From: Bacteriovoracaceae bacterium
GTDB lineage: Bacteria > Bdellovibrionota > Bacteriovoracia > Bacteriovoracales > Bacteriovoracaceae
Assembly: GCA_049599895.1 (NCBI GenBank)
Contig: JBMYPC010000008.1
Coordinates: forward strand, 1-41,443
Reading direction: 5' to 3'
DNA: 41,443 bases
The stretch's first letter is position 1; each line of letters opens with the position of its first letter. Shown here in pieces: positions 1 through 9,630 of this stretch. Position numbers and translations under genes: made by a program. The notes under the pieces were generated by a model that was given only the letters and a program-made list of their open reading frames with translations, was not told the DNA's origin and searched no databases.

Positions 1-530
1 CGGGAGAGTATGTTTTTGGTAAAAAACCAGCTGATTTTCTCGCTGAAAACTATCATTACATTCCCAAAGGCGGGAAGGTTTTAGATGTCGGAATGGGGGA
101 AGGAAGAAATGCCGTTTACCTGGCTCGCAAAGGTTATAAAGTTACTGGGGTTGATATCAGTTCTGTTGCGATTCGAAAGGCCAACACTTTGGCGAATGAA
201 TATGGCGTTAAGATTGAAGCCGTGACTTCTTCGATGCAAAAGTTCAAAGCAGACAAAGAGAGTTTTGATTGCATTATAAATTTTTACTATGTTGATCGAA
301 AATTAAATAAGAAGCTCGTTGAGCTTCTTAAACCCAGTGGAATTCTTATTTATGAATCTCACACTGATAATCAAAGAAAGGTTAAAGGAAGTGAGCATTA
401 TGAAAGAAGATATCTCTTAAGACCTGGAGAGTTACTGGGATTGTTCCCCAGACTAAAAATTCTTAAGTACCAAGAGCCACTTCATGAAGAGAACTTTATT
501 ACGAGTATCATTCTCCAAAAACCTGAATGA
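1..530 (+). CDS. Class I SAM-dependent methyltransferase (TehB-like), 5' end outside window
   Basis: The frame is open from position 3 (GEYVFGKKPADFLAENYHYIPKGGKVLDVGMGEGRNAVYLA...VTGVDIS). The ATG at 93 lies inside SAM motif I, so the true start is upstream of the window. Confidence 0.85.
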   Translation, partial: GEYVFGKKPADFLAENYHYIPKGGKVLDVGMGEGRNAVYLARKGYKVTGVDISSVAIRKANTLANEYGVKIEAVTSSMQKFKADKESFDCIINFYYVDRKLNKKLVELLKPSGILIYESHTDNQRKVKGSEHYERRYLLRPGELLGLFPRLKILKYQEPLHEENFITSIILQKPE

Positions 531-584
531 GAGATCGAAAATAATTTTTCACGCAAAAACTTTGTTTTTAGATAGAATAGAACT

Positions 585-1265
585 ATGAAACAGGTTCTTT
601 TATTAACTTCATTACTTTTTTCATCAGCTCTTTTGGCCTCGAAAAATAGTAGGCTTGGTTATTTCTCCGGAAGAGTTTCAAAAGTAAACCAAGAGGCTGG
701 CCTTGTTCGCCTAAAAGTTGAGTTTGGCAATCAGCGATATCTTAACATTAATGATGAGGTTGAATTTCTCAGACATTCAACAAACGAAAAGTCTTGTAAG
801 GGATATATCAAAGGTAGGACCGCAGATTACATCCTTGTTCGAATTCCTAGCTACAGACGTTGTCGAGATCTCCTTTATTTAGGCAATGGTGCTTATATTC
901 GACTCTATAGTGATGATCTTGCGAATAATCTTCGCATGGGAAAAGAGTTGATGCGCATATTAGTGAAGAAACATATGGCCCTTACCGCCAAAGAGCGAAG
1001 AATCAAAAAACAGCTCGAACAACATATCGAAAAAATAAACGCAGTGAATAAAAGATATCAAGTTCTTCGCGAAAAACTTGAAAATGAGTGGAGAAGTGAG
1101 ATTCAGTCTCTTGAAGAAGATCAGTCTATCGTATTAAATGAGTACAAAGAAATCCGAATGCAGAAAGATGAGTTAAATCAAAAACTTGAAGTCTATAAGT
1201 TGGAGTCCACAAACCTTGTTGAAGACCGTTGGGCACTCGATCCTTCTCACTATTTTAGAAAGTGA
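585..1265 (+). CDS. Exported hypothetical protein with N-terminal beta-rich domain and C-terminal coiled coil
   Basis: 226-aa ORF with signal peptide (MKQVLLLTSLLFSSALLA) and a heptad-like K/E/Q-rich C-terminal half. Confidence 0.7.
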   Translation: MKQVLLLTSLLFSSALLASKNSRLGYFSGRVSKVNQEAGLVRLKVEFGNQRYLNINDEVEFLRHSTNEKSCKGYIKGRTADYILVRIPSYRRCRDLLYLGNGAYIRLYSDDLANNLRMGKELMRILVKKHMALTAKERRIKKQLEQHIEKINAVNKRYQVLREKLENEWRSEIQSLEEDQSIVLNEYKEIRMQKDELNQKLEVYKLESTNLVEDRWALDPSHYFRK

Positions 1266-1409
1266 TGCTAATGACACGCAGCTTTGGCATACTTGACCTT
1301 TTAAATTCGTAAAAGATTAACTACAATACCAGCCTCAAATTGCGTCCCCGAGATGGGCCTGAACAAATTTGCTACAAACTTACTGGCTTAGAGCTAAGGA
1401 GAAAATAAA

Positions 1410-3026
1410 ATGATGAACAGAGTAATAGTCGCTATTTTTTGTCTATTCCTGGCAGGGCAAGTTGCTGTTGCTGCTCCAAAGAAAACAGGAACTTTTTACT
1501 TTAACCTTGGTCAAGGGCCGACAACTCTTAATCCACTTTCTTCAACTGATTACTATGCTTCTCAAGTTCAGGGTCAGATTCTTGAGGGTCTACTCGATAG
1601 AGACATTAACACTTACGAGTGGCAGCCAGCTCTTGCTGAGAAATGGGAAATTGCAAAAGATGGCAAGTCCTACTTTTTTACAATTAGAGATGGTGTGAAG
1701 TGGCATGATGGAAAACCTCTAACAGTTGAAGACGTAAAGTTCTCATTCGATGCTATCGTTCATCCAGAAAATAAATATAAGACTGCTCACATGAAGCCTT
1801 ATTATGAAAACATTGCAAGTGCTGAAATTGTTGATAAGAAAACTGTAAAGTTCACAGTCAAAAAAGTTTATTTCAGAAACTTTGATGTTGTCGCTGGTCT
1901 AACAATTGTTCCAAGGCACCTTTATGAGAACCCATCAAAGAAACAACTTAAAAAACTTAATAAGACCCTTATTGGTACTGGCGCTTACATGCTTGATAAG
2001 TACAAAAGAGGAAAGAGTTTAAGTCTTAAGGCCAACCCAAACTGGTGGGGACTTAAGGATGCTGATCAAGCAAAGAAGAATAACTTCAAAAAAGTCTTAA
2101 TGAGATTCATTAAGGATCCTACAATTGCGATTACAAGAGCGGAAAAAGGTGATCTTGATTTTATCAGCCTAACTTCAGAAGACTATGTTAAGAAAACTGG
2201 TGGAGCGAAGTGGGGAAAAGAAATCAATAAGTTTAAAGTACAAAACAAAGCTCCAAGAGGTTACGGGTACATTGGCTGGAACCTTACAAGTCCTAAGTTT
2301 AAATCTGTTAAAACAAGAAAAGCTCTTTATCACCTCATTAATAGAGAGCTTATGATTGAGAAGTTTCGTTTTGGGTACTCACTTCCAGCGACAGGGCCTC
2401 TCTATCAGCAAAGTGAATATGCTAATAAAAAAGTTAAGCCAGTAGAGTTCAATCCAAAGAAAGCTCTTAAGCTTCTTAGAGAGGACGGTTGGAAAGTCGA
2501 TCCAAAGGATAACATCTTGGTTAAAACCATCGATGGAAAGAAGGTGAAATTTACTTTCACTATTCTTGAGCCTAGGCAAGACTTCATGAAATACCTTACG
2601 ATTTTTAAAGAAGATGCGAAAAAAGCAGGTGTTGATATCAGCCTTAAGTATGTTGAATGGAACACATTCATTAAGCTTCTTGATGAAGGAAAGTTCGATG
2701 CCGTAAGACTTGGTTGGAGTGCTGGTTCTCCGGAGTGGGATCCAAAGCAAATTTGGCACTCAAGCTCTATGAAGGGTGGATCAAACTACATCAGTTACTC
2801 AAACCCAAAAGTTGATAAGCTTATTGATCAAGCTCGAGTGACTGTTGATAAAAAGAAAAGAACGGCAATGCTTAAGAAAGTTTATAAGATGATCGCTGAC
2901 GATGCACCTTACGCCTTTTTATTCAATGACAAGTACACTTTCTACGCTAACAGAAAGAGAATCCAAAAAGAAAAAGACACTTATAACTATGGAATTGGAA
3001 CTGACCACTGGTGGGTAACGAAGTAG
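1410..3026 (+). CDS. Peptide ABC transporter substrate-binding protein (family 5, OppA/DppA/AppA-like)
   Basis: Signal peptide; motifs LNPL, PALAEKWE, GVKWHDGKPLTVEDVKFSF, IGTGAY; AAGGAG Shine-Dalgarno upstream. Confidence 0.92.
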   Translation: MMNRVIVAIFCLFLAGQVAVAAPKKTGTFYFNLGQGPTTLNPLSSTDYYASQVQGQILEGLLDRDINTYEWQPALAEKWEIAKDGKSYFFTIRDGVKWHDGKPLTVEDVKFSFDAIVHPENKYKTAHMKPYYENIASAEIVDKKTVKFTVKKVYFRNFDVVAGLTIVPRHLYENPSKKQLKKLNKTLIGTGAYMLDKYKRGKSLSLKANPNWWGLKDADQAKKNNFKKVLMRFIKDPTIAITRAEKGDLDFISLTSEDYVKKTGGAKWGKEINKFKVQNKAPRGYGYIGWNLTSPKFKSVKTRKALYHLINRELMIEKFRFGYSLPATGPLYQQSEYANKKVKPVEFNPKKALKLLREDGWKVDPKDNILVKTIDGKKVKFTFTILEPRQDFMKYLTIFKEDAKKAGVDISLKYVEWNTFIKLLDEGKFDAVRLGWSAGSPEWDPKQIWHSSSMKGGSNYISYSNPKVDKLIDQARVTVDKKKRTAMLKKVYKMIADDAPYAFLFNDKYTFYANRKRIQKEKDTYNYGIGTDHWWVTK

Positions 3027-3047
3027 TCTTAAGACAAAGGTAACGAT

Positions 3048-4082
3048 TTGTTTCAGTACATAATAAGAAGACTTTTAGCGATGATCCCAACACTGTTTGG
3101 GGTCACTATCGTTGTATTTTTTATCATTAACCTGGCTCCGGGAAGCCCCGTTGAGCAAAAAATTCAGCAATTAAAATTTGGTGGAATGGGCGAGGCTTCA
3201 GTTGGAGTTGATGCCGGAAATGATAAAGACAATGCTGTTTCAGAGGAAGTGATTGAAGCTTTAAAGAAACAGTATGGTTTTGATAAGCCAGTGCATATTC
3301 GTTATGTCATTTGGCTTAAAAATTTAATGGTTCTCGACTTTGGCGAATCCTTTACTTATGAGGAACCAACATTAGACGTCATTATAAGTAAGATGCCTGT
3401 GTCACTTCAATTTGGGATCGTTTCATTAATACTGACTTATATTGTCTGTATTCCTCTCGGAGTTTTTAAGGCAATTAAAAATGGCAGCAAATTTGATGTT
3501 TCTTCAAGTTTTATTCTCTCGGCGATGTACGCTGTTCCGGGCTTTATGCTTGGGATTGTTTTGATTGTTTTCTTTGCTGGGGGGGCATTTATTGAGTGGT
3601 TTCCAGTTGGGGAGTTATATTCAGATCAATATGATGAATTAACCACGTGGGGGAAAATTTTAGATCGTATTCATCATTTTATCCTTCCCCTTATTTGTTA
3701 TATGATCTCAAGTTTTACAGTTTTAACAATTCTTATGAAGAATTCGATTCTAGATGTGATCTCAAGAGATTACATTAGAACAGCGAGGGCCAAAGGATTG
3801 TCTGAAAAAGTTGTTTATCTAAAGCATGCTTTGAGAAATGCTTTAATTCCGATTGTGACAGGGATAGGGAATTTTTTAACAGTCTTCTTTGCAGGCTCAC
3901 TTTTAATAGAGCTTATTTTTCAACTCGATGGAATGGGCCTTCTTGGTTACCAAGCAGTCTTAGAGAGAGATTATAATGTCATTATGGGGCTTATTTTTAT
4001 TCAAAGTGTTTTAATGTTGTTGGGAAATCTTATTTCCGATATTGCTTATATTATTGTTGATCCAAGGATAGATTTCTCGTGA
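3048..4082 (+). CDS. Peptide ABC transporter permease (OppB/YejB-like)
   Basis: IIRRLL N-terminus, LDFGES, EAA loop DYIRTARAKGLSE, DPRI C-terminus; TTG start. Confidence 0.92.
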   Translation: MFQYIIRRLLAMIPTLFGVTIVVFFIINLAPGSPVEQKIQQLKFGGMGEASVGVDAGNDKDNAVSEEVIEALKKQYGFDKPVHIRYVIWLKNLMVLDFGESFTYEEPTLDVIISKMPVSLQFGIVSLILTYIVCIPLGVFKAIKNGSKFDVSSSFILSAMYAVPGFMLGIVLIVFFAGGAFIEWFPVGELYSDQYDELTTWGKILDRIHHFILPLICYMISSFTVLTILMKNSILDVISRDYIRTARAKGLSEKVVYLKHALRNALIPIVTGIGNFLTVFFAGSLLIELIFQLDGMGLLGYQAVLERDYNVIMGLIFIQSVLMLLGNLISDIAYIIVDPRIDFS

Positions 4083-5101
4083 TTGAAAAGTACCTGATTA
4101 AAAATGACCTTACTTTAAAAAGGTGGAGAAGATTTAAAAGAAGAAGAGCTTCGGCTGTGGCGGTTTGCCTTCTTATTTTCATGACGGTGATGTCTTTTAT
4201 TGCACCTTTGTTGGCCAATAGTAAGCCTCTCTATCTTTCTTATCAAAACAAGACTTATTTTCCTATTTTTGTGGATTACGCTCCCAAGGAGTTTGGAATT
4301 ACTGATATCCTTTATGTGGACTATCGAGAACTTGATTATACTGAAAATGACACTGTCATTTGGCCCATTATTAAATGGGATCCCTATGAGAGTAATAAGA
4401 ATGTTGAGAGTTATCCAGCTCCTCCATCATCAAAGAACTTATTAGGAACAGATGATCGAGGAAGAGATGTTCTCACTCGAATTATTTATGGTTTTAAGCC
4501 GAGTATCATCTATGCCTTTTCTGTGTGGATCATTACGACTGTTTTAGGAATTATTGCCGGTGGAATTATGGGCTACTTTGGAGGCAAGGTCGATTTGGTA
4601 GGGCAAAGAGTGGTTGAGGTTTTGAGTACCGTCCCTCAGTTTTTCCTTTTGATTATCCTCATTTCAATTTTCACCCCATCACTTTTGATGCTGATTTGTG
4701 TTTCATGTCTATTCTCTTGGATTGGGATCAGTTATTTTGTGAGAGGTGAATTTTTAAAAAATAGAAAAAGAGAGTTTGTTGAAGCTGCGAAAAGTATGGG
4801 AGCGAGTACTCCATCAATTATTTTCAAGCATATTCTTCCTAATTCTTTAAATCCAGTGATTACCTTTGCACCTTTTGCAATTGCGATGAATATTTTAGGG
4901 CTTGCAAGTCTCGACTTCCTTGGCTTTGGTCTTGAAGTTCCAACGCCAAGTTGGGGGGAGCTGATTAGTCAGGCACAGAAATATTACACAATTGCTTGGT
5001 GGCTAGCAGTCTATCCATTTATAGCCTTATTTACGACATTGACGTTGCTGAATCTCATTGGTGATGGGGTAAGAGATGCAATGGATCCAAATATGGTTTA
5101 G
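4079..5101 (+). CDS. Peptide ABC transporter permease (OppC/YejE-like)
   Basis: LLGTDDRGRDVLTRIIYG, EFVEAAKSMGAS, PSWGEL, GDGVRDAMDP; GTGA overlap with the previous gene. Confidence 0.92.
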   Translation: MIEKYLIKNDLTLKRWRRFKRRRASAVAVCLLIFMTVMSFIAPLLANSKPLYLSYQNKTYFPIFVDYAPKEFGITDILYVDYRELDYTENDTVIWPIIKWDPYESNKNVESYPAPPSSKNLLGTDDRGRDVLTRIIYGFKPSIIYAFSVWIITTVLGIIAGGIMGYFGGKVDLVGQRVVEVLSTVPQFFLLIILISIFTPSLLMLICVSCLFSWIGISYFVRGEFLKNRKREFVEAAKSMGASTPSIIFKHILPNSLNPVITFAPFAIAMNILGLASLDFLGFGLEVPTPSWGELISQAQKYYTIAWWLAVYPFIALFTTLTLLNLIGDGVRDAMDPNMV

Positions 5102-5903
5102 GCCATTATTTCTTTTTATTGGACTTGGTTTTTTTGCTGAAGGTTTCTGCATCGAGAAGGGACCTCGTATTGCTTCGGCTTCACCTGCAACCACAGAGTT
5201 TCTCTATTATTTTAACTTAGAGAAATTGCTTGTTGGTAGAACTCAGTTTGATGAATATCCAAAAGAAGTAAAAGATATTCCTATTATTGGATCTCCTTAT
5301 AATTTTGACTTTGAAAAAGCACTCAAGAGCAAAGTTCAATTGGTGATAGGTCCAAGGACAAGCTTGGTTCAATTTAAAACCAAACTCAAGCAACTCAATA
5401 TTGAGTATTTTGAGCTGTCGGCTAGAAACTTTGAAGATTATTTGGATTCTCTTAAAAAGCTTTTATCTCGCTTGAGTTTAAGTCGTGAAAAGAGTTTTAA
5501 GCAATTAAAAGCAAGGGTGAAGAGAGTCGTTGGCCCCTGGAATAAGAAAAAGTCTATTTATCTTCATAGTCTCTCCAGGGATATTCGAGGACAACTAAAG
5601 GGAGCTTATGTTGCAACGACAGAGTCTTTGTATGGAGACCTTTTAAATCATTTCTCCCTTTTTAATCCTGTTGTGCAAAAGCATAGTGAGTCTGTTTATA
5701 TCGATAGGGAAGGTCTTATTAAAATTAAACCGGAAATTATTATTTATAATCAGAAAACAGACTTGAATGATGTTTTAAGTGAAGTCTATAAAGACAAGAT
5801 CTTTATTAATCTTAAAGAATCATCCTTTGAGATACCGGGACCTCGGTTTTTTGAAATTTTTCCATCTTTAGAAAAGAAGTTAAGAAATGCTTTCTCTCAG
5901 TAA
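5076..5903 (+). CDS. Helical-backbone ABC substrate-binding protein, BtuF-like (cobalamin or iron chelate)
   Basis: RIASASPATTEFL...LVGRTQFDEYPKEVKDIPIIG N-terminal motif and C-terminal PGPR, both typical of BtuF-like proteins. Confidence 0.75.
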   Translation: MQWIQIWFRPLFLFIGLGFFAEGFCIEKGPRIASASPATTEFLYYFNLEKLLVGRTQFDEYPKEVKDIPIIGSPYNFDFEKALKSKVQLVIGPRTSLVQFKTKLKQLNIEYFELSARNFEDYLDSLKKLLSRLSLSREKSFKQLKARVKRVVGPWNKKKSIYLHSLSRDIRGQLKGAYVATTESLYGDLLNHFSLFNPVVQKHSESVYIDREGLIKIKPEIIIYNQKTDLNDVLSEVYKDKIFINLKESSFEIPGPRFFEIFPSLEKKLRNAFSQ

Positions 5904-6552
5904 TTTAAACTATCAAGTAGGGAAGTTTTCTCTTGGGCCCATTAATCTTGAGCTTCAATCGAATGTCGCTTACGGCCTTTGCGGGGCCAATGGAGTTGGA
6001 AAGTCTACTCTCTTAAGAATTCTCTCAGGTGTTTTGAAAGCAGATACAGGAGAAATTTATTACCATAAAAAAACGATCGCTCCTCACGACATTTTTTATA
6101 TCCCTCAAATCTTTTATTGTGAGAACTCATATCTTTTAGTCTCAGAGTTTTTAGATGATATTTTAACCTATCGAGAGAGAAATAAAGATGATCGTTTCAC
6201 AGAACTCTCAGATAAAATGAAAGTGACTCAACTTCTAGGCTCAAACTTAGCAGGGGTGAGTGGAGGAGAAAGTAAAAGACTTCTTTTATTTTTGGCTACT
6301 GTTCTTAAACCCAAGATTCTTCTTCTTGATGAATTTGAAGCTCACCTTGATCCTAAATATAAAGTTGAACTTTCGAGTTTTCTCCATGATCTAAAAAGAG
6401 ATTCTCTTGTAATCAGTGCCACTCACGATAAAGAACATATTAAAGAGTATTGTGATGAAATTCTCTACCTTAAAGATGATAGAATCCATGGACCAGTAAA
6501 GAAAGATGTCTTTTTTGAAAAGCATATGTTTGAGGAGATTTATGAAATCTAG
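5887..6552 (+). CDS. ABC transporter ATP-binding protein (BtuD/FecE-like)
   Basis: Walker A GANGVGKST, Q-loop YIPQ, signature VSGGE, Walker B LLLDE, H-loop ATHD. Confidence 0.88.
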   Translation: MLSLSNLNYQVGKFSLGPINLELQSNVAYGLCGANGVGKSTLLRILSGVLKADTGEIYYHKKTIAPHDIFYIPQIFYCENSYLLVSEFLDDILTYRERNKDDRFTELSDKMKVTQLLGSNLAGVSGGESKRLLLFLATVLKPKILLLDEFEAHLDPKYKVELSSFLHDLKRDSLVISATHDKEHIKEYCDEILYLKDDRIHGPVKKDVFFEKHMFEEIYEI

Positions 6553-7498
6553 GGGGCTCCTTTTTCTTTCAATTCTTTTGGGACTAGGTCTTAATATCTA
6601 CTCTAAAGATTTCCTTGACCCAGAGTTTCGAAATTCAATCTTTTGGACTCTTCGTTTTCCAAGTACTCTTTATGCTTTCTTTGTAGGAGGAGCTCTTTCT
6701 TTGGTAGGGTTGAATTATCAGTATCTTTTTCGGAACAATCTCGCTTCTCCCTACACTCTTGGAGTTGCTTCTGTTTCAGCGTTGGGAGCATCATGTTTTG
6801 CTGTCTTGTCACACTTCTCTCCTGATTTATTTTGGGGACTTCATTATCTGATTTCATTTTCCTTTTGTTTTATGGCCTCAATATTTCTTTATTTTCTCTA
6901 CAAGAAAGTTTTGAGAGGGAGTATGACTCATCTTCTTCTTTCGGGAGTGACACTTTCTTTGATAGCTTCTTCTTTAATCGTTTTTTCACAATTCATCATA
7001 GGTAATCGTGACGGACATGAGCTTATGGTTTCTCTAATGGGAAATATTAGTGCAGTAGGATATCTGACTCCCGGAATCCTCATCGTTTTAACTTTCTTTT
7101 ATCTTTTTAGCCTTAAGAAAAACCTTAGATCTCTCAGACTCCATTCTGTGAATGATGAGATTTCAAGTCTTCTTGGGGTCGATAAGAATCAAGTGGTGAA
7201 AAAAAGTCTTTTTCTCCCCACACTTTTAATTTCATTTATTGTCGCAGATTGTGGGCCAATCGCCTTTGTGGGATTGATGGTTCCCCACATTGTAAAGGAC
7301 TTCCTTAAAGCTTCTGCAAAAGATGAACTTGTTTCGATTTTTCTTTTTGGCGGTGCCTTTATGCTTTTTTGCCAGTTCTTTTCAAGAAGTCTTCTTCCGG
7401 AAGGACAAGTCCCCGTAGGAATTGTCACTTCGCTTATGGGTGGACTCTTTTTTCTCTATCTTTTAAGTTCAAAAAGATCTTCTAGCCATTCACTTTGA
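6542..7498 (+). CDS. FecCD/BtuC-family ABC permease
   Basis: LRFP, FRNNLASPYTLGV, GPIAFVGLMVPHI, PVGIVTSLMGG motifs. Start placed at ATG 6542 behind GAGGAG rather than at 6506. Confidence 0.88.
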   Translation: MKSRGLLFLSILLGLGLNIYSKDFLDPEFRNSIFWTLRFPSTLYAFFVGGALSLVGLNYQYLFRNNLASPYTLGVASVSALGASCFAVLSHFSPDLFWGLHYLISFSFCFMASIFLYFLYKKVLRGSMTHLLLSGVTLSLIASSLIVFSQFIIGNRDGHELMVSLMGNISAVGYLTPGILIVLTFFYLFSLKKNLRSLRLHSVNDEISSLLGVDKNQVVKKSLFLPTLLISFIVADCGPIAFVGLMVPHIVKDFLKASAKDELVSIFLFGGAFMLFCQFFSRSLLPEGQVPVGIVTSLMGGLFFLYLLSSKRSSSHSL

Positions 7499-8546
7499 TA
7501 AGTTTAATTTTAAGTTCCTTCTTCTTGCCATCGCGAAGAACAGTTACTTTAACCTTGTCGCCAACTTTGTAGCTACCAAGAACATTGTAAATATCATCAA
7601 AGTTTTTAATACTTTTATCGTCGATGGCAATGATGACATCTCCTAGATGATAGCGACCATTCTTTTTACTTCGTTTGATCCCTTGTAGACCGGCTTTAGC
7701 AGCAGGGCTTCCTGGTTGAACTGCTTTGATGGCAAGTCCCGTCTCAATTCCAAAGTAGTCATAGTAGGCTCTTTCGAGAGGGCGAACGCCAAGTCCTGGC
7801 TGAGTCACCTTTCCATGTTTAATTAATTGAGGAACAATTCTTTTGATCGTATCTACGGGGACGGCAAAACCAACTCCAGCACTACTTCCTGAGTTTGAAT
7901 AAATCATGGTGTTGACTCCGATGAGCCTTCCCCTTGAATCGAGAAGAGGCCCACCGGAGTTTCCAGGGTTGATAGATGTATCAGTTTGAATCATTCCGTA
8001 TATCTTAACTTTGGCAAAGCCCTGAATCTTTCGGTCAAGGGCTGAAATAACCCCTGTTGTAAGAGTGTGATCAAGTCCAAATGGGTTTCCAATAGCAAGG
8101 GCCTTTTGACCAACTTGGAGTTTTGAGGAGCTACCCACTTCCACAGGCTTAATATCCTTTGGCTTTTTCTTAAGTTTTAAAACGGCTATATCTTTTGTTG
8201 GTTCCGCTCCAATGAGTTCTGCCGCGTATTCATTTTGATCTTTATGAAATCTTACAAGAAATTGATCACCATTAGCGACAACGTGATAATTAGTAACAAT
8301 ATGGCCATCCTTACTCCAGACAAACCCAGATCCCGCACCAGCAGGGATTTCAATGGCATCATCGAGGAACCAACCACGTCTTCTTCTTGCAATTTGAATA
8401 TTGGAAATATGAACAACCGATTTAACAGAATTCTGAAAAACACTAACAGTATTTTTTTCATCTTCTAAAAGAAGATCTGAAGCAAAGGTGTCTTCCATGG
8501 GAAATGCTAGTAATAGGGCAAGAAATAGGGTTCCAACGATCTTCAA
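7482..8546 (-). CDS. HtrA/Deg-family serine protease with one PDZ domain
   Basis: Catalytic triad motifs TNYHV, DIAVLK, GNSGGP; signal peptide; TTG start behind AGGAGG. Confidence 0.93.
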   Translation of the reverse strand: MKIVGTLFLALLLAFPMEDTFASDLLLEDEKNTVSVFQNSVKSVVHISNIQIARRRRGWFLDDAIEIPAGAGSGFVWSKDGHIVTNYHVVANGDQFLVRFHKDQNEYAAELIGAEPTKDIAVLKLKKKPKDIKPVEVGSSSKLQVGQKALAIGNPFGLDHTLTTGVISALDRKIQGFAKVKIYGMIQTDTSINPGNSGGPLLDSRGRLIGVNTMIYSNSGSSAGVGFAVPVDTIKRIVPQLIKHGKVTQPGLGVRPLERAYYDYFGIETGLAIKAVQPGSPAAKAGLQGIKRSKKNGRYHLGDVIIAIDDKSIKNFDDIYNVLGSYKVGDKVKVTVLRDGKKKELKIKLIKVNG

Positions 8547-8702
8547 TTTAAGCCTCCTACTGTTAACAAATCAATACACTTTTGCCGCGTGGCGTTTGGT
8601 TATTCTTAACACGTTAAGTGTATACTAATTGAATAATAACAACCATCTAGAGGTAGTTTTATCAAATCTTTTTCTGCCTTGAATGAGCAGGGAGACAAAA
8701 GA

Positions 8703-8720
8703 TTGTCAAAAAACTGTCAT
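8703..8720 (+). promoter_or_regulatory. Pho-box-like tandem direct repeat (PhoB/OmpR-family site)
   Basis: TTGTCAAAAAACTGTCAT: two TGTCA units 11 bp apart, 16/18 match to CTGTCATAAAACTGTCAT, ending 15 nt before the psd ATG. Confidence 0.5.
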
Positions 8721-8735
8721 AACTGAAGATTTTGA

Positions 8736-9626
8736 ATGGATATACAATACTTTAATCGTGAAAAAGATAGCCTTGAAGACGAAAAAGTCTATGGAGGAAA
8801 GGCTGTCGACTGGCTCTATTCTTCAAAAGTGGGAAGTGCCCTTAATAATTTAATTACCCAGCCATTTGTCAGTCAGCTTTATGGAGCTTATCAAGATTCG
8901 GGGGTTAGTAAGAAAAAGATAAGACCTTTTTTAAAACAATTCGGTATTGATATTTCAGAATTTAAAAACAATGGAACAGAAGACTTTTACGACTCTTTCA
9001 ACGACTTTTTTATTCGTGAATTTAGAGAAGGAGCAAGAGAGTTTGCTCAAAAGCCTTCTGATATGCCAGCCCCTTGTGAGGCGAGATATCTTGGCTTTAC
9101 TAAAATGTCTTCCCTAAATCCTATTAGAGTGAAGAAAGCTTTTCTTAAGCCAAAAGAAATTGTTGGTAATGCCGAATATGCTGAATACTTTCGCGATGGC
9201 CCAGCCTATATTGCAAGGCTCTGTCCGGTTGATTATCACCGTTTTCATTTTCCTGATGATGGGAGAGTGATTGAAAGCTACAGGGTTCATGGTGTCCTGG
9301 ATTCGGTCAATCCTCTTGCTCTTGGAAAAAAGAGTGATCTTTTCTTTGAAAATGAAAGACATGTGACAATTTTAGAGACTAAGAATTTTGGAAAAATTGC
9401 TTATATTGAAGTTGGCGCAGTCTGTGTTGGAAAGATTGTGCAAAGCTATCATGGTAATCAGTTCCTCCGTGGACAAGAAAAAGGTTATTTCAAATTTGGT
9501 GGCTCCACTGTAATTGTCTTTGGCGAGAAGGGAAAGTGGGCCCCATCTGAAGATATTCTCAAGCACTCAAGTGAAGGGCGGGAAGTCTATCTCAAGCTTG
9601 GTGATGTCGTCGCTCAAAAAATCTAA
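8736..9626 (+). CDS. psd: Phosphatidylserine decarboxylase proenzyme
   Basis: SFNDFFIR, RLCPVDYHRFHFP, NER, and GYFKFGGST autocleavage motif. Confidence 0.93.
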   Translation: MDIQYFNREKDSLEDEKVYGGKAVDWLYSSKVGSALNNLITQPFVSQLYGAYQDSGVSKKKIRPFLKQFGIDISEFKNNGTEDFYDSFNDFFIREFREGAREFAQKPSDMPAPCEARYLGFTKMSSLNPIRVKKAFLKPKEIVGNAEYAEYFRDGPAYIARLCPVDYHRFHFPDDGRVIESYRVHGVLDSVNPLALGKKSDLFFENERHVTILETKNFGKIAYIEVGAVCVGKIVQSYHGNQFLRGQEKGYFKFGGSTVIVFGEKGKWAPSEDILKHSSEGREVYLKLGDVVAQKI

Positions 9627-9630
9627 AAAC

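Noticed and set aside
1266..1409. Possible riboswitch or sigma70 promoter upstream of the peptide-binding protein
   Set aside because: No recognisable riboswitch core; TTGACC and TACAAT are 23 nt apart, too far for sigma70.
1462..2759. Short alternate-frame and antisense ORFs inside the peptide-binding gene, and similar ones throughout the window
   Set aside because: Shadow ORFs inside well-supported genes, with no motifs or RBS.
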